NCBI GenBank assembly: GCA_000165345.1
Contig: CM000433.1
Coordinates: 192,001-256,000, forward strand
Direction: 5' to 3'
Length of the DNA stretch: 64,000 nucleotides
Part shown: positions 63,455-64,000 of the stretch, one piece after another
Position numbering within the stretch: position 1 is the first letter of the stretch
Layout of the letters: the number at the start of each line of letters is the position of its first letter
Program-made: the position numbers and the translations under genes
The notes under the pieces: model-generated
The model's input: only the letters and a program-made list of their open reading frames with translations
Databases searched by the model: none
Told to the model about the DNA's origin: nothing

Positions 63455-64000
63455 CTATAATTCTTGGACTTTATTGCCGATTAATCTTTTGTATCCAAGT
63501 GGTCCTTTCAACCTAACCCTTTCTCGTATGTCTTTTCCAAATATTCCTTCATTTTGACAGTTTATATCATATTGGGGATATTTGGCATTTGTTTCTTTCG
63601 CGTTCCCACTTCTAATACGGTTTCTTCCGTCACTGTATTTGTTCCATTCTGTATTTCCCACGGAATCTTCTGGAAATATATTTGCTGCCTTTTTTATCTG
63701 AATTGGGATGGATCTACTCTTCTTTTGTGCTGAAAACGCTACCCTTGACTTGTAATTAGTGGGATTACTACTGGGGATTGTAGGAATAATTGGAATTTCT
63801 GAGTTAGTGAGATTTATTGAAAATGCCTTTTTGCTTCCTATATAATCTTCTCTTTTTATACCTGTAATAATTGGTTTCATAAAAATTAAATTATTTGTTA
63901 TAGTCTTCTGAGCTAATATTTTTGAACTTTTTGAAAGCAATAACTTGCCAGGATTCCATACACAATAATTATTTCGACAATCATTTTTTATATCGTTTAT
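63455..64000 (-). CDS. 3' portion of a gene whose 5' end lies beyond the window; unknown product
   Basis: The track ORF starts at a TTG at 63940, but the frame stays open upstream to the window edge (...INDIKNDCRNNYCVWNPGKLLLSKSS...). Confidence 0.4.
   Translation of the reverse strand: MNDIKNDCRNNYCVWNPGKLLLSKSSKILAQKTITNNLIFMKPIITGIKREDYIGSKKAFSINLTNSEIPIIPTIPSSNPTNYKSRVAFSAQKKSRSIPIQIKKAANIFPEDSVGNTEWNKYSDGRNRIRSGNAKETNAKYPQYDINCQNEGIFGKDIRERVRLKGPLGYKRLIGNKVQEL

Overview
The window is AT-rich (about 70% AT), gene-dense (roughly one gene per 2 kb) eukaryotic nuclear DNA that uses the standard genetic code. Gene content points to an alveolate or apicomplexan protist. Cryptosporidium is the best guess because of the compactness, the mostly intronless long genes, and GC-rich E2F-like boxes in otherwise AT-rich promoters. 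About a third of the genes here carry tiny introns, which is more than usually reported for C. parvum, so the organism call stays tentative. The evidence for an alveolate includes an N-acylated CDPK with 4 EF hands that closely resembles Plasmodium CDPK1, H2A.Z, and an HCF101-like NTPase with DUF59-Mrp-DUF971 architecture.

I recognise about 33 protein-coding genes on both strands. There are no rRNA, tRNA, CRISPR or transposon signatures.

The supplied ORF track has two systematic problems. It accepts TTG as a start codon, and it misses exons separated by small introns. Reading splice signals by eye (GTAAGT, GTATGT or GTGAGT donors, a run of T then AG acceptors, introns of 36-131 nt), I re-modelled 10 genes: the C2/transglutaminase gene, PP2C, syntaxin, TrmO, a small two-helix membrane protein, HCF101-like, a 5-exon micro-gene, prefoldin-3, TFIIF-alpha-like, and a coiled-coil/PH protein. 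Several of these splices restore textbook motifs: the PP2C DGxxG motif, the syntaxin SNARE heptads, and the prefoldin LWLGANxxLEY motif.

The most unusual content is: (1) a head-to-head pair of paralogous genes that share a roughly 250-aa cysteine-containing domain I cannot assign to any known family; (2) a large C2 plus transglutaminase-like protein with CC2D2A/CEP76-like architecture; (3) recurring GC-rich E2F-like boxes (TTTGGCGG, TGGCGCCA, GGCGCGC) and a TGCATGCA palindrome embedded in AT-rich intergenic regions.
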